Below are positions 27,719-37,187 of a DNA stretch of 64,000 bases, in pieces. This DNA is from Patescibacteria group bacterium (GTDB lineage: Bacteria > Patescibacteriota > Microgenomatia > UBA12405): contig WARW01000022.1 in assembly GCA_013387215.1 (NCBI GenBank), positions 5,357 through 69,356 on the forward strand, in the 5' to 3' direction. The first letter of the stretch is position 1. Every line of letters begins with the position of its first letter. Made by a program: the position numbers and the translations under genes. The notes beneath the pieces were generated by a model. That model was not told the origin of the DNA. It worked only from the letters and a program-made list of their open reading frames with translations, and ran no database searches.

Positions 27719-28735
27719 CTACTGTTTCCAATTATTGCGATTAATAGGTTTTAATAAACCGAGTTTATATTTTAAGGTGACTATAAAATAAATATATATG
27801 GTGGCTAGGCAGGCTATCGGATGAATAAACCAAACTGGATCTGATTTTTTTATAAATCCTTTAATGGAATCGAAAAGTGCTGGAATTATTAGAATGGAAT
27901 ATAATACAAACTTTATTTGTGAATTATTATTTATTTGGTTCCAATTAAAATATCTTTCGTTTTTATAGATATAGTAATCAGTCAATCTTCTTTTTTGTTT
28001 ATTTATAAATTTTTTAAATGAAGATTCGCAAAAAGTGTGGATAATGCTGGTTTTGGTTTTGGCAAAATAAATTGGTTTTTCATTACTGCCTATTACTTGG
28101 GAAATAATGTCGATATCAAACAAATAATCTGATTTTAAATTTTCTTTCAAAAATGATGACCTAAAAATAGTACCATTAGCTCCGATAGTGGGAATTGGTT
28201 GATTTGGAAAAAGAGAAACTTTTAAATATGAAGGAAAATTTAGAGTATTTATATTTAAATTTGTCCATTTATTGTTTATATAATTTTTTCTATCATAAAC
28301 ACCGCTCACAAAAGCATAAGGATCGTTAGCACCTATTAGTGCCGAGTAGCGCTCCATTAATCCAGAGTTTGTTCGATAAGTGAACTTCCAAGGTTCAGTT
28401 CCAATTATTTCTTTGTCCTTATCTAGTGGATAAATAGCTTTTTTAAGCCAATCATTTTTGGGTAATATATTGTCTGAGTCGATTAAGGCAATATATTCCC
28501 CTTTTGCACTTTTAACTCCAACAGCTTTACCAGCTTCAGCAGTTTTGAGTGGATTTTTTAAGATTATTGAACCGTATTTTTTTGCAATTGAAATTGTGTT
28601 ATCGGTTGAACCACCATCTATTATTAAAATTTCATAATTACTTCGTTTAAAATTTTGGATAGAAATAGAATGAAGACATTTTTCTAGAACAGACTGGGCA
28701 TTTAACGTGGGAATTATAAAACTAACCCTAATCAT
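27719..28735 (-). CDS. GT2 polyprenyl-phosphate glycosyltransferase-like (two C-terminal TM helices, GtrB/ArnC-type)
   Basis: FIIPTLNAQSVLEKCL...YEILIIDGGSTDNT...LIDSDN are GT2 motifs. The C-terminal about 60 aa is hydrophobic (two TM). Confidence 0.75.
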   Translation of the reverse strand: MIRVSFIIPTLNAQSVLEKCLHSISIQNFKRSNYEILIIDGGSTDNTISIAKKYGSIILKNPLKTAEAGKAVGVKSAKGEYIALIDSDNILPKNDWLKKAIYPLDKDKEIIGTEPWKFTYRTNSGLMERYSALIGANDPYAFVSGVYDRKNYINNKWTNLNINTLNFPSYLKVSLFPNQPIPTIGANGTIFRSSFLKENLKSDYLFDIDIISQVIGSNEKPIYFAKTKTSIIHTFCESSFKKFINKQKRRLTDYYIYKNERYFNWNQINNNSQIKFVLYSILIIPALFDSIKGFIKKSDPVWFIHPIACLATIYIYFIVTLKYKLGLLKPINRNNWKQ

Positions 28736-28736
28736 T

Positions 28737-30224
28737 TTAAGAAAAGTCCTTTAATTTTTGAATATATTTAATTCCATAATTGGCCAAGAATTTTATATCG
28801 TAGATTGATCTTATGGATAATATTTTTCTTATAATAAATTCTGGATTAATAATACCTTTGAATAGACTTTGAACTAAATTAAATTGTTCTTGTGAAGTTA
28901 AAGATGTTTTAATAATCGGTTGCCGCATGTCATAATCATCCCAATCAGTGGTAAGAAGCAGATTATTGTCTTCACAATATTTAAAAAGCGGGGTGCCAGG
29001 ATATGGAATTACGATAGTGGCTTGCATACTATCGGCTAGACCTTTTTTAAAAATTTGTCTGGCTCTGTTTAATGTTTTTTCGATATCTTTTCTGGATTCC
29101 CAAGGATAGCCAATCATGATGGTAATGTGTGGTTCAAGGTGGGCATTTTTTACAAGCGTAAGAGTGTTGACTGCGTTTTTAACTAATTCGTTTTTGTTAA
29201 TTAAATCAAGAGTTTTTTGATTAGAAGACTCTAATCCATATAAAATAAATCTAAATCCAGCTTTTGACATTAGATTGTATTGTTCTTGATTAAGTGCACC
29301 AAAACGCATATTACAGCCTATTTTTACTTTTTTATTTAATCCTCTTTTAATTAATTCATCGCAAAGTTCTTTAAGCCAGGGACCGACTGGTAATGTGCCA
29401 GAATCATCAAATATTTCTTTTACATTAAAATTATTGACAAGGTTTTCAATCTCAGCGAGAGTATGTTTAACAGAAAAAGATCGAAAAGACTGTCCTGGAA
29501 AAATTGTAGTCCAAGAACAAAATGTACATTTACCCCACCAACAATCTCTTCCGGACATAATATAGGCACCAGGTTTATATTTGTAATTAGTATTGTTATA
29601 GGCGTAAAGATGCCACTTAGTTAGTTTTCGATCAATGATAGGCAGAACATCAAGATTGTGATGTTTTAATGAAAATTTACCAGAATTACAAATTTTATTT
29701 TTATCTCGATACCAAAAACCTGGTGCTAGTGGTTTTTTATTGTATAAATGATCAACTAAATTAGCCAACATAAAATCATAATCGCCACCTGTGAGTATGT
29801 AATCAACTGAAGAATATTTTAATGACTCTTCTGGCAGGGCGGTGACATGATCACCCATTAAAACTATTACGGGTTGAGATTTTTTAGAAAAATTAGCTTT
29901 AATATCTTTTATAATTTGCCAATGTTTTTTAACGACTGGAGTTTTTGTTTCTAAAACAATTATTTTAGGATTTTTATTTACTAATCTTTTAAGCCAAACA
30001 TTATATGAAATTTTTTCAGCAATGGCATCATCCCAAAATATTTTATAACCTTTTTTTTGAAGATATGTTGCAGCATATGCAGGAATAACTGGAAAAATTA
30101 CATTACCAGTGTTGGTCCATTGAAATTGGCGATTTTGAGTTAAAAAAGGTGTTCCTTTAGAGGAATCTAGTGGTGGATATGAAATAGATATTAATATTTT
30201 TTTTGTTGTCAATTTAGCCTCCAA
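28737..30224 (-). CDS. B12-binding domain radical SAM protein (class B), fourth paralog with a variant Cx4Cx2C cluster motif
   Basis: The N-terminal B12-type fold pattern is ILISISYPP...PAYAATYLQKKGY. SGRDCWWGKCTFCSW reads as C-x4-C-x2-C. Downstream it resembles the other three paralogs. Confidence 0.7.
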   Translation of the reverse strand: MEAKLTTKKILISISYPPLDSSKGTPFLTQNRQFQWTNTGNVIFPVIPAYAATYLQKKGYKIFWDDAIAEKISYNVWLKRLVNKNPKIIVLETKTPVVKKHWQIIKDIKANFSKKSQPVIVLMGDHVTALPEESLKYSSVDYILTGGDYDFMLANLVDHLYNKKPLAPGFWYRDKNKICNSGKFSLKHHNLDVLPIIDRKLTKWHLYAYNNTNYKYKPGAYIMSGRDCWWGKCTFCSWTTIFPGQSFRSFSVKHTLAEIENLVNNFNVKEIFDDSGTLPVGPWLKELCDELIKRGLNKKVKIGCNMRFGALNQEQYNLMSKAGFRFILYGLESSNQKTLDLINKNELVKNAVNTLTLVKNAHLEPHITIMIGYPWESRKDIEKTLNRARQIFKKGLADSMQATIVIPYPGTPLFKYCEDNNLLLTTDWDDYDMRQPIIKTSLTSQEQFNLVQSLFKGIINPEFIIRKILSIRSIYDIKFLANYGIKYIQKLKDFS

Positions 30225-31245
30225 TATATTTACCAGTCTTTTTGTTTACCTTGTGTGGTACAAACTGAATGTCTTTTTTTGATAATCCAATTATAAATAA
30301 AATACCATAATAAAAATGTGTTAGTGGAATAGTAATCGATGCTAATAAGGAAGTTTTGAGATTATATTTTTTGTATATAAAGCTAAAAAAAGTGATTGCT
30401 AATATTGATATATATAAAATTATTGGAATGTTATATAAAAAAATAAACCAATCGGTTTTTAAACTATTAATTAAATAAAATATATTGATAAAAATGAATG
30501 TGACGATATAAAACGTAAAAAAGCTGGGAATAAAATAACCAATTCTAAAACTGGTTTCAGGGAATTTTTTGGCAAAATACCCTCGATGAATGGCATATCT
30601 AGTTATTTGTTGAAGATGAGGAATAATGGCAGTACGACGATGATGATAGACGATAACTGACGGATCGTAAACAATTTCCTTTTTTAATTTTTTAGTTAAA
30701 TCTATGCAAAGTATTGTGTCTTCTCCTGGCCAATAGTGGTTATTGAAACCTCCTATTTTTTTAAAATCAGTTTTTTTGACAATTAAATTAACAGTTGGAT
30801 AATCATCAACTAAACGTTTACTTTTTATACTGTTTCTATATACGCCCGCGCCTCCACTTCCCAAGTAGCTTGACCAAACAAGCCCAGAGGCTTTTTGTTT
30901 GTAGTTATCTTTTGGAGGTGTAAGGCAAGGTCCGCATACTCCTACTGCTTTAGGGTTGTTTTCAAAAATAGTTAAAGCGTTTTCTAGCCATTTTTTGGAT
31001 GGAAATGAATCATCATCTAAAAATGCTAAATATCTACCTTTAGCTTTTTTGGCACCTAGATTTCTTTTAAAACTTGGCCCCATTTGATAAATAGTTGCTC
31101 CTAAATCAAGGGAAATCTGATCTGTAATAACTAGTATTTCATAAGAGTTTAAAGTCTGCTTTTTAATTTTTTTTAAAGTTTCACGCAAGTAGGGGTTTGA
31201 TGTTCTGACAGGAATAATGATGGAAAATAATGGGTTTTTCATCAT
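30214..31245 (-). CDS. GT2 polyprenyl-phosphate glycosyltransferase-like with C-terminal TM helices
   Basis: FSIIIPVRTSNPYLRETL...YEILVITDQ ... FLDDDS are GT2 motifs. The C-terminal about 80 aa is hydrophobic. Confidence 0.75.
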   Translation of the reverse strand: MMKNPLFSIIIPVRTSNPYLRETLKKIKKQTLNSYEILVITDQISLDLGATIYQMGPSFKRNLGAKKAKGRYLAFLDDDSFPSKKWLENALTIFENNPKAVGVCGPCLTPPKDNYKQKASGLVWSSYLGSGGAGVYRNSIKSKRLVDDYPTVNLIVKKTDFKKIGGFNNHYWPGEDTILCIDLTKKLKKEIVYDPSVIVYHHRRTAIIPHLQQITRYAIHRGYFAKKFPETSFRIGYFIPSFFTFYIVTFIFINIFYLINSLKTDWFIFLYNIPIILYISILAITFFSFIYKKYNLKTSLLASITIPLTHFYYGILFIIGLSKKDIQFVPHKVNKKTGKYIGG

Positions 31246-31247
31246 TT

Positions 31248-32051
31248 TTATAAACCAGTATTAACTCTCATTTCTAAATCTGGATCGTAGACCCATTTTC
31301 GTTTATTTTTATCGTCATAATAACGTAGCAATCTTAAACGATAAAAAATCGCAAGAGCATCTATTAAACTTCTATAAATAGTATTTAGACCCGTAGCGTG
31401 AGTAAGACTATTGAAATCGTAAGTTAATTTTATTGGCGCTTCGTAAATATTTTTGAAGTTTAAATGTTTGGCAACTGATAAAATTTCTAGATCAATAGCA
31501 TAATTTTTAACCATTAATCGTGGCAATACTTTAACTAGGACTTGTTTTTTAAATATTTTTAAACCAGCTTGAGTATCTTTTACGTTTATTCCCAATAAAA
31601 ATCTGGCAATAATCCAAGCACCAAGACTGATGACTTTTCTTTGCAAAGGATAGTTTACTTTTGATGCAGGATGTCGTTTTGAGGCGACTATTATGTCGGC
31701 ATCATACCATTCCATGTGTTCTAGGACCATAGAAATACCATTAGGATCAATTTCCATACCAGAATCTATAAAAGCAATATAGTCGCCGTTTGTTTTGGCC
31801 ATACCATAACGAATTGCATAACCTTTGCCATGATTATTTTGATAACCAATTACTTTGAGTTTTTTAAGTTTTAATTTTTTAGCGTTAATGTATGATTTAT
31901 CAATTGTTATTCCATCAACCACTGCAATAATTTCATAATCATAACGTATTTGTTTTAAGGTGTTATTAATATTGAGAAGATCTTCAACAATTGTTTTTTC
32001 TTGTTTATATATGGGAATAATGACTGATAAAAAGTGAGATTTATTTTTCAT
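31248..32051 (-). CDS. GT2 glycosyltransferase (DPM1/dolichyl-phosphate glycosyltransferase-like)
   Basis: MKNKSHFLSVIIPIYKQEKTI...YEIIAVVDG...FIDSGMEID. I chose the start at 32051 (M28 of ORF-track 31248..32132) to avoid a 92-nt overlap with the upstream GT4 gene. Confidence 0.7.
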   Translation of the reverse strand: MKNKSHFLSVIIPIYKQEKTIVEDLLNINNTLKQIRYDYEIIAVVDGITIDKSYINAKKLKLKKLKVIGYQNNHGKGYAIRYGMAKTNGDYIAFIDSGMEIDPNGISMVLEHMEWYDADIIVASKRHPASKVNYPLQRKVISLGAWIIARFLLGINVKDTQAGLKIFKKQVLVKVLPRLMVKNYAIDLEILSVAKHLNFKNIYEAPIKLTYDFNSLTHATGLNTIYRSLIDALAIFYRLRLLRYYDDKNKRKWVYDPDLEMRVNTGL

Positions 32052-33111
32052 TAATAAGGGCCAAATTATAAACTGCCAAGGTTTGGAGAGCAGTAAATTT
32101 CCATTTAAATTGTTTTGACCTTTGCAACCCAAGTAACGAATATTTTTTTCTTAGTTCATCTTTATTCCATAGATCTTTTAGTGTTATTTCAATTTCTGGA
32201 AGCTTGTATGGGTTAAAAGATACAGCGGAACCATCGATGATTTCTGGAATGCAAGTTTTATTACTACAGGCAATTGGACAACCTGATTGCATAGCCTGAA
32301 CAAGTGGCAATCCAAATCCCTCAGCAAAAGATGGTTGACAGTAGATTGTCGCTAAATTGTAAAATAATGGCAGTTCATTATCTAGTACAAAGCCAGTTAA
32401 AATTAGTTTTTTTGATGTTTGTTGTTGAAGCCAAATTAAATCTTTGTTCCACGGGTGATTTTCAACATTTATTCTAGTAGCAGCTGAACCAACAATTACT
32501 AACGGATAATTTAGTTTCAAACAGGCTTTGACGAGATTAGGAATATTTTTATTCCAATTTATATCACCTACGTACAAGATAAATTTGTCAGGTAGGTTAT
32601 ACTTTTTTTTGACTAAATCCAATTGTTCTTTGTCTTTATATATTTTATATGTGGGATCGGCAGCTTCGTAGGTGACAAAAATTTTATTTGCAGGATATTT
32701 TATTAAATTTTGAATTATATATTTAGAATAATTTGAAACAGTAATAATAAAATCTGATTTTTTTAGTTTATTTTGTTGGAGGAACCATTTTAATTCACCT
32801 TTAATGCCAACTGGAAATTCTTTTTTAAATTCTCTTGGTATTAAATCATGAACCGTAACAATTGTAGGTATACTTTTTTTTGCAGGCAAGGTTAATTTAA
32901 AAGGATCAAAATATGGATAATGAATTAAATCGTAAGTATCATTAAGCTGATTTGAGCTCTCTATTAAATCAATTTGAAAATCTTTATAATCAGGATTTAT
33001 TTTTAATTCCTCTTTTAGAGACTTAACTAAATGATTAGTGTAGTGACCTACGCCTCGAACCGAATTGCCATCTGAAAGTGGTGAAATATCGATAGCGATT
33101 TTTTTAATCAT
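32041..33111 (-). CDS. GT4 (GT1-fold) glycosyltransferase
   Basis: MIKKIAIDISPL...GVGHYT is a GT4 N-domain and EGFGLPLVQAMQSGCPIACS is the GT4 C-domain E-x7-E region. Confidence 0.8.
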   Translation of the reverse strand: MIKKIAIDISPLSDGNSVRGVGHYTNHLVKSLKEELKINPDYKDFQIDLIESSNQLNDTYDLIHYPYFDPFKLTLPAKKSIPTIVTVHDLIPREFKKEFPVGIKGELKWFLQQNKLKKSDFIITVSNYSKYIIQNLIKYPANKIFVTYEAADPTYKIYKDKEQLDLVKKKYNLPDKFILYVGDINWNKNIPNLVKACLKLNYPLVIVGSAATRINVENHPWNKDLIWLQQQTSKKLILTGFVLDNELPLFYNLATIYCQPSFAEGFGLPLVQAMQSGCPIACSNKTCIPEIIDGSAVSFNPYKLPEIEITLKDLWNKDELRKKYSLLGLQRSKQFKWKFTALQTLAVYNLALINEK

Positions 33112-33938
33112 TATTTTTTATCCCAATCATTTAATAAATTGATTTGACGTTTTGTTTTTTCAAGTTCCCAATATTTGGTGTAAGTAATGGGAAAACGCAA
33201 ACTCGAATAAAAGGAGAAAACAAACCCAGGAAAGCCATCGTAAAATCCTTTATGCCTGAAATAAGTTGATAAAAACCAGTATAAAGGTTTGAATAAATAA
33301 TAATTCATAAAGTTAAAGAAACTTATTTTTGTTTTCTTTTGTTGAAGCTCTTGAGCTAGTAAAGTAGTATATCGATTGTGTCGTAATAGATAATGGGAAA
33401 AAGAAGTGTCAGCATAGTGTTCCAAATCATGTTTTAGCCAACCAACTGTGCCTTTAACTTCAGCTTGTTCGTGTACATCTTTGCATGGCAAGCGGCCGGT
33501 TCCATTTTTATAGAAACGAATCGTTGGATCAGGATACTGCCCACCTTTTTTTAGAAATGAACCGAGAAAATAATTTTTTCTTTTAATCCAAAACCCATTG
33601 TCTTTTATATCGATTGGAGATTTTTCTAAGATGGAAATTATTTCATTTTTCAATTCTTTTGTGACGATTTCATCGGCGTCAAGTTGAAGTATCCAATCAC
33701 TTTTACAGGCATCAATAGCCATATTTTTATTAATATGAAAAATCGGTTTATTAGTGGTTTTAATAATTTTTACTTTCTTATATTTAGAAGATAATTCAAT
33801 AGTTTTATCTTGAGAACTTCCATCGGCAATAACTACCTCATCCACCCAATCAATTACAGCATTGAGACATCTTTGAATATTATTTTCTTCGTTATAAGTA
33901 GCAATTGCAATTGAAATAGTAGCTTTTTTTACTGTCAT
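33111..33938 (-). CDS. GT2 glycosyltransferase
   Basis: ISIAIATYNEENNIQRCL...VVIADGSSQDKT...LDADE. It resembles 55398..56192 and 57104..58039. Confidence 0.8.
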   Translation of the reverse strand: MTVKKATISIAIATYNEENNIQRCLNAVIDWVDEVVIADGSSQDKTIELSSKYKKVKIIKTTNKPIFHINKNMAIDACKSDWILQLDADEIVTKELKNEIISILEKSPIDIKDNGFWIKRKNYFLGSFLKKGGQYPDPTIRFYKNGTGRLPCKDVHEQAEVKGTVGWLKHDLEHYADTSFSHYLLRHNRYTTLLAQELQQKKTKISFFNFMNYYLFKPLYWFLSTYFRHKGFYDGFPGFVFSFYSSLRFPITYTKYWELEKTKRQINLLNDWDKK

Positions 33939-35581
33939 TGTTTTATATAAATATTAAATGCTGGTTGACCGTTCGGAAAATTGATTGTTTTTATTGGACT
34001 TGCACTTACTTGTTCATCACTAGCTACAACTAATGAATTAGAAGATATATTGTTCCAATCAATTTTTTCAAAGTTATATTTATCATAATGCCTAACGGTC
34101 GAAAAACCAAATTGATCAGGAGTAGATAGCTTTATTTCTTTTTGAATAAGTTCAGGCGGGTATTTTGAAAAAAATAAGAAGAGAATATAAGGTTGATCGT
34201 ATTTGTCGGTTATATAGACTTGATTAAAATTTGATTTATTTTGCTCAATATAAGGAACTAGTTGATCGAATCCATATTGCCAAGCAAATGGATATCTTTT
34301 GGCGTAATGTAGAAAATAAGAATCCAAATAAAATGCAATATTATATATATAAAATATGACTAAAATAGGCAATAAAATTGTTTTTAGTTTATATGTTTTA
34401 ATTATTTCTAAAAATTGATAAATACCTAATGACACTAAAACAGATAATGGAATAACCATTGGTAGAGCTCTTAAAGCTGATGGTGCTTGAAAAGTTAATG
34501 ATGAGGCAAGCGGAGCAATTAAAAGCCAAGAAAGAAATAATTTGGTAAAGTTTTTATTTTTAATTAATCTACTGTTTAAAATTATGACTATTCCTAGTAA
34601 TAAGAATGGAAGTTCAAGAATGTACAGCTGCCCCATTTCGGGTACTTTTGATCGGGGAACTTCATCACCGTTTATAAATAAGAAATTAGGATTAAAGTGA
34701 GAAGTATATTTTTCTCCCCATGAAATTAAGTACAAAACTCTTTTGTTGTGGATTATGCGATTAATAAGTTTTACATTGGCATGCTGATTTATTAATTCGT
34801 TGGCACGATTAATTGGACCTTGATCAGCGGTTATACCTACTCCTCCAAAACGAGCAGCCCCTCCACTGTGAAGAAAAGAAGTTAAAACTGGTATTGCTAA
34901 AATAGCGCCTAAGATTATTGGTAAAACAACCTGTGGTAATTTTGATTTGATGAAATTAAATTGAAAAACAAAAAGACTTAATGCTAAAACTGGGGCTACA
35001 ATGCGGACTGAATGATAAATATAGAGTGATAATACAAAAAAACAAATAAAAAGGCTGAAGTTTAATAAAAACCTTTTTTCAATTGACTTAAAGAAAAAGT
35101 AGGTTCCAATAACTAAAAAGGAAAGTGCAGATGATGATTCCCACCCTCCCCGACTAAAGTGTATATGCCATGGAGAGAAAGCTAAGACGGCAGCAGATAT
35201 TAGTGCCAATTTATTATTTTTACTTAATAGCAAAACTAATTTATAAAGGAAATATATTGTTAAAATCGAAAGAATTAAATTAGGCAATCGGACTGCGAGT
35301 GGTGTTAATCCAAGTAATTTAACAAAAGGCAGTACAAGATAAAAATAACCACCTGGTTTAAAATCACCAAAAGATTTGAAATGAAGTGGCCATGATACGC
35401 CATGTTCATCTTTTCCTGTTTGTATAAGTGAATATACGTTGTAACCAATAGCAGCTTCATCTGGATTTAAAGCAGGAGTAGTTCCAATTTGAAAAAAACG
35501 GATAGAAATTGCAGCAATTAAAATTAATATTAAAAGTATGTTTTTATGGATTTTCGTAAGCATAGAAGGTTGAGATACCAT
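33935..35581 (-). CDS. GT-C glycosyltransferase, GT39/GT83 PMT/ArnT-like (PMT_2 family)
   Basis: It is polytopic. The first periplasmic loop carries TTPALNPDEAAIGYNVYSL...HFKSFGDFKPGGY, the DE motif of PMT/ArnT-type GT-C enzymes. The C-terminal domain shares the conserved GY.EA..Y......Y.I....G.PY..LFY..YPP pattern seen across the array. Confidence 0.75.
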   Translation of the reverse strand: MVSQPSMLTKIHKNILLILILIAAISIRFFQIGTTPALNPDEAAIGYNVYSLIQTGKDEHGVSWPLHFKSFGDFKPGGYFYLVLPFVKLLGLTPLAVRLPNLILSILTIYFLYKLVLLLSKNNKLALISAAVLAFSPWHIHFSRGGWESSSALSFLVIGTYFFFKSIEKRFLLNFSLFICFFVLSLYIYHSVRIVAPVLALSLFVFQFNFIKSKLPQVVLPIILGAILAIPVLTSFLHSGGAARFGGVGITADQGPINRANELINQHANVKLINRIIHNKRVLYLISWGEKYTSHFNPNFLFINGDEVPRSKVPEMGQLYILELPFLLLGIVIILNSRLIKNKNFTKLFLSWLLIAPLASSLTFQAPSALRALPMVIPLSVLVSLGIYQFLEIIKTYKLKTILLPILVIFYIYNIAFYLDSYFLHYAKRYPFAWQYGFDQLVPYIEQNKSNFNQVYITDKYDQPYILFLFFSKYPPELIQKEIKLSTPDQFGFSTVRHYDKYNFEKIDWNNISSNSLVVASDEQVSASPIKTINFPNGQPAFNIYIKQ

Positions 35582-37187
35582 TAATTGGACTTAAAGGAAT
35601 AAATTTTGAGAAATTTGGGGAAGTATTTAGATTTTGTCTTAGTATTTCATCATATGAAAAAATGCCCAAGGTGTGGGGAGTGTTTGCTACATATTGATAA
35701 TTAGTTGAACCAAATTTTATATTATCAATACTTTCAACTTTACCAGTATCCCCTGATGAATTTTCAGTTAGCTTAGCCTGTTTTTGATATTCTTGAGGAG
35801 GATATTCGGAGTAAAAAAGGTAGTAAATATATGGTTGTCCATAGAAATCTGTAAAAGCTATATTTTGAAATCTATCTTTATTTTTAATGACATAGTTTGC
35901 CGCTTCTTTATATCCAAATAAAACATCATTTGGTGACTTTTTGAGCATGTGATTTAAATATAAATCTGCGTAATAAGCAAAAGACAATAGATATATAAAA
36001 ATAATAAATGTATAGACAAATTTATTTTTAAATTTATTAAGAAAGAAAAAGATGCCAAGTGAAATAAAATAAACTAAAGGAATGGAAAATGACATCGATC
36101 TGACTGCTTGTATGGAATCACGAGTTAAGGATGCTGGAATTGGTGCTGCTAGTAACCAAAATAAAAAGAAATAATTAATAGGTTCTTTTTTGCTCATCGA
36201 AAGTGAACCAAAAATACCTAATACTAGAAAAATTAAACTTGGGTAAAGTAGTACGCCAATATATGGAGCAGAATTTCTTGGATCTTGCCAATCACCTTCG
36301 AAAATTAAAAATTTAGTAGAAAAATGATTGAAATATCGTAAAAGCGAATTTCTTAAAAAGAATTCTGGTTTACTATAGAATAAATCATAATCGAGTTGGT
36401 TGGTTTCATTAATTATCTCTTGGGTTTCGGTTTGATTTCTAGGATACGACAAAAGGCTTATGACGTTTAGTCGATTTGCATTACTATTAAAGAGTAAGCC
36501 ATAAGCAATAGGTATGGCTAAAAACCCTAGAGGTATGGCGAAATATAAAATTACTATTTTAAGATGTTTTGTAAATATATTTTTAAAATTAATTACAAAC
36601 AAAATAATTATCAATAAAAGACTAATCATTTTGCCGGCTTGATAGGTATATAGAGTTGAGGCAAAAACTAAAGAAGATAATGTTAAAAATATATTTTTCT
36701 TTTTGTTTATGTACTTAAAAAAGAACAATGCTGCTAAAACTAATTCAAAGGTTAAAATATTTGTTTCCCAAGCGGCTTTAGAAAAATGAATATTATACGG
36801 ATTAAATGTTAGTATTAATGCAGAAATTAAGGCAATTTTCTTTGATTTAGGACTAATTTCTTTTACAAGAAAGTAAAGAATTATTGGAGTTAATGATCCT
36901 AATAAGATAGACGGCAAGCGGACTGATAATGCACTTAAACCTAAAATTTTTATAAAAGGAATTGCTAAATAAACGTAAAGCCCAGGTTTGTAGTCGCCAA
37001 ATGATTTAAAGATTAAAGGTAAAAATTTTCCGTATTCATCTTTTGCGGTTTGTATGATTGAAAAGGCGTTGTATCCAAGAGATGCTTCGTCCCACAATAA
37101 AGTTGGATAATTATTGGCTTGATATATCCTGACAATAAAGGCAAGAATAAAAATAATTATTAAAAAGAATTTATTATTTTTGGCCAT
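35544..37187 (-). CDS. GT-C glycosyltransferase, GT39/PMT/ArnT-like (PMT_2), paralog
   Basis: NNYPTLLWDEASLGYNAFSI...IFKSFGDYKPGLY is the loop-1 DE motif. The C-terminus has FGYKEAANYVIKNKDRFQNIAFTDFYGQPYIYYLFYSEYPP. Confidence 0.75.
   Translation of the reverse strand: MAKNNKFFLIIIFILAFIVRIYQANNYPTLLWDEASLGYNAFSIIQTAKDEYGKFLPLIFKSFGDYKPGLYVYLAIPFIKILGLSALSVRLPSILLGSLTPIILYFLVKEISPKSKKIALISALILTFNPYNIHFSKAAWETNILTFELVLAALFFFKYINKKKNIFLTLSSLVFASTLYTYQAGKMISLLLIIILFVINFKNIFTKHLKIVILYFAIPLGFLAIPIAYGLLFNSNANRLNVISLLSYPRNQTETQEIINETNQLDYDLFYSKPEFFLRNSLLRYFNHFSTKFLIFEGDWQDPRNSAPYIGVLLYPSLIFLVLGIFGSLSMSKKEPINYFFLFWLLAAPIPASLTRDSIQAVRSMSFSIPLVYFISLGIFFFLNKFKNKFVYTFIIFIYLLSFAYYADLYLNHMLKKSPNDVLFGYKEAANYVIKNKDRFQNIAFTDFYGQPYIYYLFYSEYPPQEYQKQAKLTENSSGDTGKVESIDNIKFGSTNYQYVANTPHTLGIFSYDEILRQNLNTSPNFSKFIPLSPINGISTFYAYENP

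Noticed and set aside
28737-30224. Possibility that the fourth B12-radical SAM ORF is a pseudogene because of its atypical CWWGKCTFC (Cx4Cx2C) spacing
   Set aside because: The ORF is intact at full length (495 aa) and has no frameshift. Non-canonical spacings are known in bona fide radical SAM enzymes. I kept it as a gene with a variant motif, flagged in the findings.
25552-32132. Long N-terminal extensions of ORF-track models 25552..26862 and 31248..32132
   Set aside because: The extensions (MFPFFSKLPPHSLHF..., MGCKGQNNLNGNLLL...) are not GT-like and create large overlaps with neighbouring genes. I preferred the internal starts at 26763 and 32051, which begin immediately before the GT hydrophobic strand motifs.
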